IMG/VR virus record: IMGVR_UViG_3300032268_000966
Length of the DNA: 64,000 nucleotides
Source of the DNA: an uncultured virus (IMG/VR IMGVR_UViG_3300032268_000966)
Taxonomy: Duplodnaviria > Heunggongvirae > Uroviricota > Caudoviricetes
Reading direction: 5' to 3' (one strand)
A program made the translations under genes and the position numbers. The notes below the pieces were generated by a model. The model saw nothing but the letters and a program-made list of their open reading frames with translations. It was not told the origin of the DNA and ran no database searches. Shown in pieces: positions 54,732 to 64,000 of the stretch; the first letter of the stretch is position 1, and each line of letters begins with the position of its first letter.

Positions 54732-56717
54732 TTATAATAACTTTTTAATTCTTTCAATATTCTCGTTAACTTTTTTACTTTTAAATGGACTTTTAATTAA
54801 GTCTAATAACCATGGGTCAACAGGTTTTTCGTCTGAGACTCCCCCCCATCTTTTTTGTGTCCTCTCTCCTGTTTTTTCATCATATTTGTCACCAAATATT
54901 TTATCTAAAATTTTTCCAGGAACACTTGCAGCCATAGCTGTTAATGGGTCGGTGTAATATTTGTTTGTATCGTCTTTTTTATTAACTTTTTCTTTACCAT
55001 CTTTTTTCTTTTCAGTGTATTTGTCAACTCCTTCAGAACCGATAGGAATTCTTCCCCATGAACTATCATACATTGTTACTTCAACATCAGAATCAGTATT
55101 ACCTAATGTGTCCCCAACTGAAATAGATTGTCCGTCCCTAACTTTAGGAGAACTTATTCCACAAAATTGCATGTAAATTTTTTGATTATCTGTGTTTAAT
55201 ATTGTAATTTGATTTACACAACTGGATGAATATCTTTTATTATAGATAACTCCTGATATTGGACTTTTAATTTTTGGGTTAGAATCTTTTGGAATTATAA
55301 TTCTACCATATCTATTACTTATATCTTTACCGAAATTTCTTTGTTCTTGTATGCTTTCCTTTTGACCTGTTAATCCTTTTGCTACGTTTGTTAAAAAATC
55401 GTCTTTTTCAACACCTGAGGCATTAAAAGGAGATGTACTTTTTGGTGTCGTTGAAGTTTTTGTTGCATCGGAATACGCCTTGTCACTTGCATCCACTGTA
55501 GGTGCAGTTCCTGATTCTCCTGAGTTATTTGATACGTGTAAATGGTTGAAGTGGTTACCACCTGTATTTGTTTGCCATAGGACGGCTTTACTATTACCTG
55601 ACTCAGTGTTTAATGCGTAACCCATAGAAACCAAGGCTTTAGCTAGTTTGTTTCCAAGAGACCTAAATTCTGAATTACCGTCAGCCAAATTAGTAGCACC
55701 TCCTGCACCGATACCATTTAAGATTGCAATATCAACAGCAGTTTGTTGACCATGTCTACTTGTATTACCTGTAACAGTTTTTACAGAATGACCTGTACTT
55801 GCAGTCGTTACTGTTGCAGTAAGACCTGCGGCTTTTGCTGCGGCGTCAATATCATCTAATAACGGTTTATTAACTGAATCAGATTGAGTTCCGTCGTTAT
55901 CGTATTTAAGATTACTGTAATTTGTGTCATTGAGTTTAACCAACTCTAATTCACTTAAGATATTCTTATTGTTAGTTAAAATTTCTTCATATATTGATAA
56001 TATACCTTTACCTAAACTTTTTTGTTCTTGTATACTTTCCTTTTGACCTGTTAGTCCTTTTGCCACGTTTGTTAAAAAATCATCTTTTTCAACACCTGAT
56101 GCATTAAAAGGAGATGTACTTTTTGGTGTCGTTGAAGTTTTTGTTGCGTCAGAATATGCTTTATCACTATTACTACTTGTTACGGTTGTGCCACTAATAC
56201 TTTGACCATTAGCACATTTTAATGTTCCATTATCATTTAAAAATTGTCTTACATTTCCTGTCTCAACTCCAATATGTAAATGGTCATAGTCGCTACCTGG
56301 GAAATCCATAACGTATCCTAAAAATTGACCGCATGTTATCTTATCTCCTTGTCTAACTGATACGTCTTTTAAATGGGTATAATATACATCTGGAAGATTG
56401 TCATCACTATCAACTGTAAACCCAACGCCAAATAAAGTTTTTCCGTCTTTTCTTATTGGTGTTGGTCCATAATCTGAATATGTTTTAAGGGTTCCTCCAA
56501 TAACAGCGTATACTGGAGTACCAATTGACGCTTTAATATCCCACGCATTTGCGCTTTGCCATCCTGATTGACCTCCATGTGCTCCATCTACAGGAATACT
56601 AACACTATCTCCACCAAATAATTCACTACTTGCAGTAGAAACCTCATTAATTGACTTGGTCTTTAAAATAGATTCATATAATGATAAGATGTCTAATATT
56701 TCTTTTTCTTTACGCAT
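54732..56717 (-). CDS. multi-domain peptidoglycan peptidase (M23, M15-like, degenerate M23)
   Basis: DIKA.IGTPVYAV, YYTHL and HLH (M23); SRH..TAVDI..HFNHLH (M15-like); duplicated 49-aa linker. Confidence 0.8.
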   Translation of the reverse strand: MRKEKEILDILSLYESILKTKSINEVSTASSELFGGDSVSIPVDGAHGGQSGWQSANAWDIKASIGTPVYAVIGGTLKTYSDYGPTPIRKDGKTLFGVGFTVDSDDNLPDVYYTHLKDVSVRQGDKITCGQFLGYVMDFPGSDYDHLHIGVETGNVRQFLNDNGTLKCANGQSISGTTVTSSNSDKAYSDATKTSTTPKSTSPFNASGVEKDDFLTNVAKGLTGQKESIQEQKSLGKGILSIYEEILTNNKNILSELELVKLNDTNYSNLKYDNDGTQSDSVNKPLLDDIDAAAKAAGLTATVTTASTGHSVKTVTGNTSRHGQQTAVDIAILNGIGAGGATNLADGNSEFRSLGNKLAKALVSMGYALNTESGNSKAVLWQTNTGGNHFNHLHVSNNSGESGTAPTVDASDKAYSDATKTSTTPKSTSPFNASGVEKDDFLTNVAKGLTGQKESIQEQRNFGKDISNRYGRIIIPKDSNPKIKSPISGVIYNKRYSSSCVNQITILNTDNQKIYMQFCGISSPKVRDGQSISVGDTLGNTDSDVEVTMYDSSWGRIPIGSEGVDKYTEKKKDGKEKVNKKDDTNKYYTDPLTAMAASVPGKILDKIFGDKYDEKTGERTQKRWGGVSDEKPVDPWLLDLIKSPFKSKKVNENIERIKKLL

Positions 56718-56756
56718 ATCAATAAATACTCAAATTAAATAAAAAAAAGCCAACTA

Positions 56757-57077
56757 TTAGTTGGCCTTCTTTGTATAAGTAAGTCTTTTGATTTTTGGTT
56801 TTTCAGTATCTTCAATAATAGGTTCTGACTTAACCACTTTTGGTTTATTAGTCGGTTTAACGTCAACCAATCCAAATTTAATAAAACGATACCAAACTCT
56901 TTCATGAATGTAATATTGGATTGGTTTATATATTAGCTCAGCAACTCCAAAGGCGGCTCCAAATTTTATACTTCCTGTTGCCCACCACATAATTAGAAAA
57001 CCAACTGCGGTACTGATTATTCGATAACTAACTGTTTTTGCCAAGTGTCTTTTGGCGGATACTTTACTTTGATTCAT
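56757..57077 (-). CDS. DUF2061-like membrane protein
   Basis: RHLAKTVSYRIIS...YYIHERVW. Confidence 0.8.
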   Translation of the reverse strand: MNQSKVSAKRHLAKTVSYRIISTAVGFLIMWWATGSIKFGAAFGVAELIYKPIQYYIHERVWYRFIKFGLVDVKPTNKPKVVKSEPIIEDTEKPKIKRLTYTKKAN

Positions 57078-57459
57078 AAGGACTAATGTAAGACGGGATT
57101 TCAATATCTTTCAACCCTCCATCTCTTTCTAAGTTTATACCAATTGCTCTTGGTAGTTCTGGATTTTCAGGGTCAATATCATTCAAGATTACTCTTGTAC
57201 CTCTTCCCATTTCCATAATTAATTGGCTATATTTAACACCAATCTTTTCAAGCTCCTGTTTAGTAAATAGTCTGTAACTCTCAGGACGAGCGGTTGTAAT
57301 TATAATAACTGACCCAGCATCATAATGACTATTCACATAATCAATAACATCTTGAATTGGTGTTAATGTTGATTCTGCAAGTTCATTAAATTTTCTGTAC
57401 TTAACTAAAGTACCGTCGATGTCCACAAATAGTGTTGGGTTCTTAATTACTTTATTCAT
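57064..57459 (-). CDS. HAD phosphatase
   Basis: FVDIDGTL, TTAR and ILND motifs. Confidence 0.85.
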   Translation of the reverse strand: MNKVIKNPTLFVDIDGTLVKYRKFNELAESTLTPIQDVIDYVNSHYDAGSVIIITTARPESYRLFTKQELEKIGVKYSQLIMEMGRGTRVILNDIDPENPELPRAIGINLERDGGLKDIEIPSYISPYESK

Positions 57460-57460
57460 G

Positions 57461-57649
57461 TTAATATTTTGATTCTTTTGGAATTACAATCCAAAGTAAA
57501 AGGTATGTGAAAATTGACGGAAGAGGGGAAAAAATACTGACTAAAAAAAGAACACGAAATATGGTTTCATCAATATTAAAATATTCACCTAATCCTCCAC
57601 AAACTCCGCCAAGCCTGGATTCTTTTTTTCTTAATAATTGTTTTTTCAT
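57461..57649 (-). CDS. PspC-domain protein
   Basis: GGVCGGLGEYFNID...RVLF...YLLLWIVIP. Confidence 0.9.
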   Translation of the reverse strand: MKKQLLRKKESRLGGVCGGLGEYFNIDETIFRVLFLVSIFSPLPSIFTYLLLWIVIPKESKY

Positions 57650-57848
57650 GTTTTAAAAATAAAAAAAGGTGGTCAGGGACTATTGGGGTATCCCCTGAGA
57701 GTGCACTTCCGTTCGTCGCTGCAGACAACTACAATAGTTTGACCACCATACGTTAAGGTCTTATGATTTACCTTGTCAAGTTCTACCTCGATTCAAATTC
57801 ACATATACCTAACGCCTTTAGTTCTGTTACAAATGTAACAATTTTTTA

Positions 57849-58034
57849 TTACTTATCAAAGTGTTTATTGTTTAACTCTTTGATAGAAATTTGATTGTGT
57901 TTCCACTCTTTCCAAACTTCAAAATCTTTCAGTTCTTCTAAAGTTTTTTCATGGACTAATACGAACCCCTCAGGAGTATTACCTTCAAATTTACCTGTTG
58001 GCCCTCTTTCTTCTAATATCTTTTTAATGTCCAC
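57849..58034 (-). CDS. hypothetical protein
   Basis: 61 aa, GTG start. Confidence 0.55.
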   Translation of the reverse strand: MDIKKILEERGPTGKFEGNTPEGFVLVHEKTLEELKDFEVWKEWKHNQISIKELNNKHFDK

Positions 58035-58058
58035 TTATTCCATTATTAGTTAAATAGT

Positions 58059-58427
58059 TTATTTATTTTGTTTAGTCTTCCCATGTGATTTAGGTCTTCC
58101 ATCTTCATCCAATAGAACAAAGACTATTTTATCAATCTTAATGATTGATTCTTTTGTATTTTTGTTTCTAACATCGCAACATATTGTAACCGATGTTGTT
58201 CCAAATTTAACAAAATCCATACCAAACTCAATTATATCACCAATCTTTGCGGTAGTAACAAAATTAATTTCGGACATTGCCTTAGTTACTATATTAGAGC
58301 TACTCAATTGACAAATGGCAAATATCGCGGCTTCCTCATCAATCCATTTTAATAGTTGACCACCAAATAAAGTACCTCTTGGATTTAAATCACCAGGTTT
58401 AATCAACTTTCTTGTTCTGTATATCAT
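58059..58427 (-). CDS. hotdog-fold acyl-CoA thioesterase
   Basis: DLNPRGTLFGGQLLKWIDE motif. Confidence 0.9.
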   Translation of the reverse strand: MIYRTRKLIKPGDLNPRGTLFGGQLLKWIDEEAAIFAICQLSSSNIVTKAMSEINFVTTAKIGDIIEFGMDFVKFGTTSVTICCDVRNKNTKESIIKIDKIVFVLLDEDGRPKSHGKTKQNK

Positions 58428-58513
58428 TTTTGTTTAATTTATTTGCTAACCACAAAGCAATACCAAAAATAACAATTATTATTAGTACAGTTGCTCCTAT
58501 TCCAATAGTTAAA

Positions 58514-59128
58514 TTAACTATTTGTTTTAGTGTCGTCATCATTTAAAAATTTTATAATTTTTTCTTTGATTCCAGATTGTTTAATTCCTTCACTACTTTT
58601 TGGTGTTAACACAAAGTTAGTTAACCCCCAATCCATCTCCATCTCTCCCCAAGTTTCGTGAGTCTGTGGGATACCCATATTCAAATCATCTACTGCAACC
58701 CATTCTTTGACCTCTGGATGGTCTCTAAGGTATTGAAGTATCTCTAAGGACCTTGTCTGTTCTGAGTCCCACTGGCGAGACCATATGAAGTTTTCAGGTA
58801 CATCACATTCTCCTAATCTTTTTGTGAATCCAATAGGTTTCTTTGAGATTCCTTGGGATGTGTAGTATTCTCCTAACTCTTCTAAGTTTGCGTGAAATCT
58901 CCAATCTGAAGACACTACAATCTCAGCACCTGTTTCTTCTAAAATTTCATTCAGGACCTTAACTGCTTTTGTATCAAAATTATCAAACCGTACATCAACT
59001 GGTGCAACACTCATTGATTTAACTGTTTCAGGATTTGCTGAGCGATATTTGGCCCATTTTTTAGAACGCCCACCCCAATTAGTGGAAAGGCATATCACAC
59101 CATCATTATCTAAAAAGATTATTTTCAT
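58514..59128 (-). CDS. HAD-domain protein (Swiss-Army-knife RNA-repair type)
   Basis: IFLDNDGV, IVVSSDWR, R..EI and WVAVDD motifs. Confidence 0.8.
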   Translation of the reverse strand: MKIIFLDNDGVICLSTNWGGRSKKWAKYRSANPETVKSMSVAPVDVRFDNFDTKAVKVLNEILEETGAEIVVSSDWRFHANLEELGEYYTSQGISKKPIGFTKRLGECDVPENFIWSRQWDSEQTRSLEILQYLRDHPEVKEWVAVDDLNMGIPQTHETWGEMEMDWGLTNFVLTPKSSEGIKQSGIKEKIIKFLNDDDTKTNS

Positions 59129-59187
59129 ATCGTAAAGATAGTTAATTTATCTGAAAAAAAAATAAGTTGAAGAAATTAAAATATATT

Positions 59188-60684
59188 CTAAAGTGCCTTG
59201 AGTTCTCCTGATTTGAATGCTTCAAAATTAGGACCTTTAACTAAGAAATAATCTTTACCGACTTTTCTATAATTTAAAATTCCTGCCATTTTTGCGGATG
59301 CAAAGAAAGATGAAAACTGACCTCTGAATTGAGAAGATGGTACATAATTGTCGTTTGAACGAGAGTATAGTTTTTTACCATCAACAACTTTTGTTTTAAG
59401 TTTACCAAGAGATTCTAAAAAATCCAATTTTGTTCCTATAGAACCAGCATCTAAGTAATCAACTAATTTTTTGATAAACCCTTTGTTTTTTCCAAAGGTA
59501 TATCCGTAATTAAATCTATCAGGTCTCCATACTTTTGATGTTCCGGCAACTTTTTGTGTAAGTTTTGGATTGTTTTTAATATGGTCTAATACTCTGGATG
59601 TAATATGTCTTCTAACACCTTCAGCAGTTTCCGAAGGACTTCTACCAATATTATACGTTACATCAATTCCCCACTCCTCAAGTCCAAGGTCTTCAAAATC
59701 TTCACCAGATACTTCATCAGTTCCGGCAAATCCTATGCTGGCGGTAAACGTCTTATCGTCTTTAGATTTGTAGGTAATAAAAACTTGATAGTCATCAATT
59801 AATTTATTTTCTTCATCTGAAATTAATGATATTGATAAACGAGCTTCCGAATGGCCAAATCCTAAATCAGGAATATTTTGGAACCCTCTTATATAAGTTA
59901 TTAGGCCATAATTTGAGTTTAAATAATTTTTACTTTCTGCGGAATTTTCACCAATCATATTGAAAGATTCAGTTAAAAACTTATCAGTCATTGACCCTGC
60001 ATATTCCTTATAGTCATTTTTAATTGCGTCAATAATTTCAGGAAATGCGTATTCAAATATATCGGATTCTCTTTGACTTAATGGAGAATCTTGAGCATCC
60101 CAGTATCTCATATATCCTTCATCATCAAAATGAATAGCAATTTTTGAGTAGTTTTTACTTGTGGATTTGGCTTTGTTGATTATAAAATATAATGCCTGTC
60201 GTCCTGCGGTATATCGACCAAAATGACCTGACCCTTTTGATGTAACACACCACTTTGTATTTGAACCGTATTTACAAGAAGCTTGTTCAGTTTTTGGCTG
60301 AATGACTACAAAGTCACCCTTTTCGTAAATCTTTTTTGCTTGCGATTCTAATTCTTTATCCTTGTTTTTAGTTCTTACAAAATTGACTACACTTTCAAGC
60401 TCATTTAAAGACACGTATTGATTTATATCTTTTTTAGGAAATTGGTTAGAATATTTATCAAAATCTTTAATCAATTCTACAACATATTCAACATCGTCAT
60501 CAAAATTTTCGGATTCAGGGTCTACATTTTTAAGTACCCAATCTGTGTATTTGTGATTGAAATCTTCTAAGTCGGCAATGTTCAAAATAAAATCTAATCC
60601 AGTACCGCCTTCAAACTTTTTGGCATATTTTTTTCTTAAATCTTCTTTTCTACTTTCAGTTAATAAAATACTCATGAATTTCAT
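59188..60684 (-). CDS. hypothetical protein, paralog of 15375..16373
   Basis: QPKTEQASCKYGSNTKWCVT; MKFMSILLTE leader; TATTTAT 11 nt upstream. Confidence 0.75.
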   Translation of the reverse strand: MKFMSILLTESRKEDLRKKYAKKFEGGTGLDFILNIADLEDFNHKYTDWVLKNVDPESENFDDDVEYVVELIKDFDKYSNQFPKKDINQYVSLNELESVVNFVRTKNKDKELESQAKKIYEKGDFVVIQPKTEQASCKYGSNTKWCVTSKGSGHFGRYTAGRQALYFIINKAKSTSKNYSKIAIHFDDEGYMRYWDAQDSPLSQRESDIFEYAFPEIIDAIKNDYKEYAGSMTDKFLTESFNMIGENSAESKNYLNSNYGLITYIRGFQNIPDLGFGHSEARLSISLISDEENKLIDDYQVFITYKSKDDKTFTASIGFAGTDEVSGEDFEDLGLEEWGIDVTYNIGRSPSETAEGVRRHITSRVLDHIKNNPKLTQKVAGTSKVWRPDRFNYGYTFGKNKGFIKKLVDYLDAGSIGTKLDFLESLGKLKTKVVDGKKLYSRSNDNYVPSSQFRGQFSSFFASAKMAGILNYRKVGKDYFLVKGPNFEAFKSGELKAL

Positions 60685-60699
60685 ATTCATAAATACCTT

Positions 60700-61050
60700 T
60701 TATTTCCAAAACAATTGGATACCAAGAATAACAAAACTTAAAAAGAGACAAACCGATGTTTTAAGGGTTACAGGTTCTTTTAAAAGAAACCAAGACATAA
60801 GACTAAAAACAATGACTCCGAGACAGAATCCTATAATCCTATTTGGCCACGTTTGCCCACCCCACAGTTCAACCATTTGTCTGCTGGCTAATATTACCAC
60901 ATAACCAATGGGTAGTCCAAGGATGGTCATTAAAAGTGGATTATCTTTAATCCATTTATTCCACAAGTGACCCTGTAATTGATAAAACGTAAAAATCTGA
61001 GATATGGTATATACTACAAAAATAAATAACCCAATATAAAACTTGTTCAT
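60700..61050 (-). CDS. four-TM membrane protein
   Basis: Hydrophobic; SMR/DMT-like size. Confidence 0.7.
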   Translation of the reverse strand: MNKFYIGLFIFVVYTISQIFTFYQLQGHLWNKWIKDNPLLMTILGLPIGYVVILASRQMVELWGGQTWPNRIIGFCLGVIVFSLMSWFLLKEPVTLKTSVCLFLSFVILGIQLFWK

Positions 61051-61109
61051 TGTAATAATGATAGTAAATTTTTTGCAATAAAAAACCCCCACCGAAGTGA
61101 GGGTTCATA

Positions 61110-62309
61110 TTAATTTCCTTTTGATGGAAATCTTGTCCATCCGTTTATCCAAATAGGTATGGTTAAATCAGATACCACAGTGACTATTTCTACGTTATTT
61201 TTTGATAACGACAATGTTTTTAATTGTTCGTTTGTTAAAATTGTTGTCGCTTTACTGATAAAATTCAATGTAGGGTTAAATGTTCCTACTGAATTATTTT
61301 CAAATACTGAAACACCATCTTTTACAAATTGTGCGGTTTCATTACTTTCTAAACTTAATCCACCTTTCATCCATCCCCATACAATACTGTTCTTCATAGT
61401 GAATTGAGTTGCTCTTCTAAATCTCAAACCCAAATTATGGTTTGCTAATGCTGTAGATACGTTTGGACCAACTAAAATCATATTGAATAGTTTTGGGTGA
61501 GTATATGGTTGAGCTAAAGACCCTGTTCCATCATTATCGCACTCAACTCCATTTCCTGCGTCACCACTGTCAACAAACTGAGGGTCTCTTTTTGCAACTC
61601 CGTTAGTAATTGTCCCTGTATAACCAAAGTCAAAGTCAAAATCATCGTCAGCTGTTGCGTATGCATAAAGATTTTTACCATTTATAGTTCCTCCAAAAAA
61701 CTCAAACGCATCATCATTAGCATAAATTGTTTGAATATTTTCAAGTATAGTCCCACTACCAACACCTCCTAATGTCAATGCATTAATTTCTGAATTAGGC
61801 ATTGCTGCGATTCCTGCGTATTCTATTCTTACATAACGAAGAACACCACTATTATCTAAATCATTTGTTCCACCGTAAGGTCTACCAATGCCTCCTTCAA
61901 TAGTTGGTTCTGATGTTCTATTAGTTTTCGCTCTACCTAAAATTACAATACCACCCCAGTCACCAGGAGTTCTTTCACCTACAGGTTTACCTGACGTAAA
62001 GATAATTGGTTTTGATGATGTTCCTTCAGCTAAGATTTGAGCGCCTCTTTCGATACATAAAGCACCTTTTTCACTGATATCAGAAATGATTGTTGTGCCT
62101 GGTTGGATAATAAGTTTTGCTCCATCGGTCACATACACATACCCTTTTAATGTCCAAACTTTGTCCGAAGTTAAAGTTGTAGTTGTATTAATGTTTCCTG
62201 AAAGAGTGGTTGATGTTGGTATGTTAATTGGTCCGTCTTCGCCACCTCCTAAATTTTTTTCGCATCCAAATAATGATAATGCTAAAATAAGTCCTAATAA
62301 TTTTTTCAT
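61110..62309 (-). CDS. lipoprotein with beta-helix repeats, partner of the TonB-dependent receptor
   Basis: LFGC lipobox; PIIFTS, GDWGG, DDAFEFFGG and DDDFDFD motifs. Confidence 0.8.
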   Translation of the reverse strand: MKKLLGLILALSLFGCEKNLGGGEDGPINIPTSTTLSGNINTTTTLTSDKVWTLKGYVYVTDGAKLIIQPGTTIISDISEKGALCIERGAQILAEGTSSKPIIFTSGKPVGERTPGDWGGIVILGRAKTNRTSEPTIEGGIGRPYGGTNDLDNSGVLRYVRIEYAGIAAMPNSEINALTLGGVGSGTILENIQTIYANDDAFEFFGGTINGKNLYAYATADDDFDFDFGYTGTITNGVAKRDPQFVDSGDAGNGVECDNDGTGSLAQPYTHPKLFNMILVGPNVSTALANHNLGLRFRRATQFTMKNSIVWGWMKGGLSLESNETAQFVKDGVSVFENNSVGTFNPTLNFISKATTILTNEQLKTLSLSKNNVEIVTVVSDLTIPIWINGWTRFPSKGN

Positions 62310-64000
62310 AAATTTAAATTTAATGTTAATGAAATTGTTTGCTCGTTATTTGTTTTTATTAGATTTCTGTTTTGTACTTTTTGGTAAAAGATGGATGACT
62401 GAGCAAAGACATCACCTATTGCCAATTTTAATTCTCCTTTCGGAAGTTTATGTAAAAAAGTTACATCTAACACATCTCTACTATTTTCGAATATGTCAGG
62501 ATAACCTTGAAATCCCACTGCGGATATTCTATCTCCAACTCTGTTATATGTTATATTGAGTGTTTCATTCTTTTTATGAATATTCACACCACTATTTAAC
62601 ACGTAGTTTGATTGTCCTTGTAATTGTCTTTTCATACCGTTCACATTTACCTCAGAGTTCATAAGAGAAACGTTTGTGTAAATGTCAAACCAATTGGTTA
62701 TTTTTTTACGAACCTCCATTTCAATACCATATAAAATTGCAGAATTTGGGTTAGTGTATGTTAACAGTAAGTTTGATGGTACTGAACCATCGGCAACAAT
62801 TTGTTCTATTGGTTTAATAAAGTTTTTCCCAAATAAGGAAACCGATATGTTTTCACCTGACTCTGGATACCATTCGTATTTTAAATCCAAATTATATATG
62901 TCAGTTTTTTCTAATTTTGAATTACCTAAAATTTGTGCGTTTCTAACAAAATCGTAATATGCAAAATTTGCAACTTCTCTAAATTCAGGTCTTGATAATG
63001 TCTTACTTATTGAAAATCTATATTTTGTTTTATCCTCATTATATGAAAGATTAAGTGACGGCAAGAAATCCAAATACTGTCTGTTCACATTCACTTTTTG
63101 ACCACTAAAATCTGCGGTTTGAACTTCAAAAATATTATATTCACCCCTAATACCTGTGTTAATTTTCCATTTACCAAATTCGCTTTCATACATTGAATAT
63201 AAAGACCCTAAATCAAAATCGGCGGTATATCTATCGGTATTGTTTGTAATCTCGTCTAACATATCTGTTGATTGATAACGAAATATTCTAGCATTAAATC
63301 CTCTAAATCGTTTTAAATAACCACCACCGACTTTTATTTTACCAATCTCTTTATTAACGTTACCGTTAAAAGAATTTTCATCCATTATACTCCAAAAACG
63401 ATATGTGTCTCTCCAGGCGGTTTGATAAGGTTCGTTAACTCCTAATGATTTTGTAATCGGATTTATTCTATAATCAGGTTGTTCCCTGAACATATAATTG
63501 TATCCAACATTGAAATTAAATGTTTCTATTTTACCGTCTAATTGAGAATTAACAACAATATTATTAATATTGTTTGATGCTGTACTACGAACATTTTGTA
63601 CGTTATCAAAGTTGTCACCGTTACGAGTTAAATATGAATTTTCTGATTGGTAATTAATCAAGGTTTTCCAACTATATCGGTTTTTTCCCAAATATGTTAA
63701 ATTAAGTAATCCATTGGTGGATACTCTTTTTGTAAATAATGTATCTCTATATGAGTAAGCTAATTCTGTTGATGACTGATAATCTTTTCTGTCAATATAA
63801 TTTAAAGTATATGTATTTCGTACAGTAGAACTAAATAAAGAATTAAATTTACCTTTAGTATACCCAAATGAAAGACCCCCATTTAAATTTGGGATTGATT
63901 GAAATGAAGATTCTGATGGTGTATTAATTAATTTAGTAAACGCTCTTTTATCACCATTACTACTAATTCGGTATCGATATGTTGAAGGGAAAGAGGAAGG
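62306..64000 (-). CDS. TonB-dependent receptor, 5'-truncated by window edge
   Basis: Frame is open to base 64000; LPSLNLSY, SRPEFRE, GN..L, NLDLKYEWY and LQGQS barrel motifs. Confidence 0.9.
   Translation of the reverse strand, partial: PSSFPSTYRYRISSNGDKRAFTKLINTPSESSFQSIPNLNGGLSFGYTKGKFNSLFSSTVRNTYTLNYIDRKDYQSSTELAYSYRDTLFTKRVSTNGLLNLTYLGKNRYSWKTLINYQSENSYLTRNGDNFDNVQNVRSTASNNINNIVVNSQLDGKIETFNFNVGYNYMFREQPDYRINPITKSLGVNEPYQTAWRDTYRFWSIMDENSFNGNVNKEIGKIKVGGGYLKRFRGFNARIFRYQSTDMLDEITNNTDRYTADFDLGSLYSMYESEFGKWKINTGIRGEYNIFEVQTADFSGQKVNVNRQYLDFLPSLNLSYNEDKTKYRFSISKTLSRPEFREVANFAYYDFVRNAQILGNSKLEKTDIYNLDLKYEWYPESGENISVSLFGKNFIKPIEQIVADGSVPSNLLLTYTNPNSAILYGIEMEVRKKITNWFDIYTNVSLMNSEVNVNGMKRQLQGQSNYVLNSGVNIHKKNETLNITYNRVGDRISAVGFQGYPDIFENSRDVLDVTFLHKLPKGELKLAIGDVFAQSSIFYQKVQNRNLIKTNNEQTISLTLNLNL

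Noticed and set aside
1..64000. Stop-codon reassignment (alternative genetic code)
   Set aside because: Conserved genes (thyA, clpP, ppk2, ligase) are intact under code 11, coding density is high, and TAG and TGA both end genes.

Overview
AT-rich, gene-dense 64-kb segment of a large (jumbo/huge) tailed dsDNA phage read with the standard genetic code. The host is most likely a Bacteroidota: TTTG-N19/20-TAnnTTTG sigmaA-type promoters recur, there are no Shine-Dalgarno motifs, and the lipoproteins and TonB receptor are Bacteroidota-type. The window holds 22 recognisable tRNA genes (18 amino acids, none for Ala or Lys) in five blocks, two aberrant tRNA-like RNAs, many structured inter-tRNA spacers, RNA-repair enzymes (Rnl1 ligase, Pnk-like kinase, phosphoesterases), ThyA, ClpP, PPK2, a GH19 endolysin, an ADP-heptose-like sugar cluster, an envelope module (CsgG-like, cohesin/dockerin-like, beta-barrel), three Thr/Pro-rich adhesin-like proteins, HNH nucleases and a TonB-dependent receptor with its lipoprotein. 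Main finding: the two largest tRNA operons are each preceded by the same unannotated architecture of promoter, short leader ORF, mutually exclusive antiterminator/terminator, boxA, then tRNA array. Each leader's codons list the amino acids of the tRNAs in its own operon: N/T/D/P/G for the Pro-Asn-Asp-Gly-Thr block, and I/H/M/V/F/Q/E/C/W/Y/R for the Glu-Val-Phe-Cys-Trp-Tyr-Ile2-Gln-Arg-Met-His block. This looks like a ribosome-stalling attenuator that senses tRNA depletion and turns on the matching phage tRNAs. The architecture is read directly from the sequence; the mechanism is inferred and untested. All protein calls are from motif recognition by eye, with no database searches.
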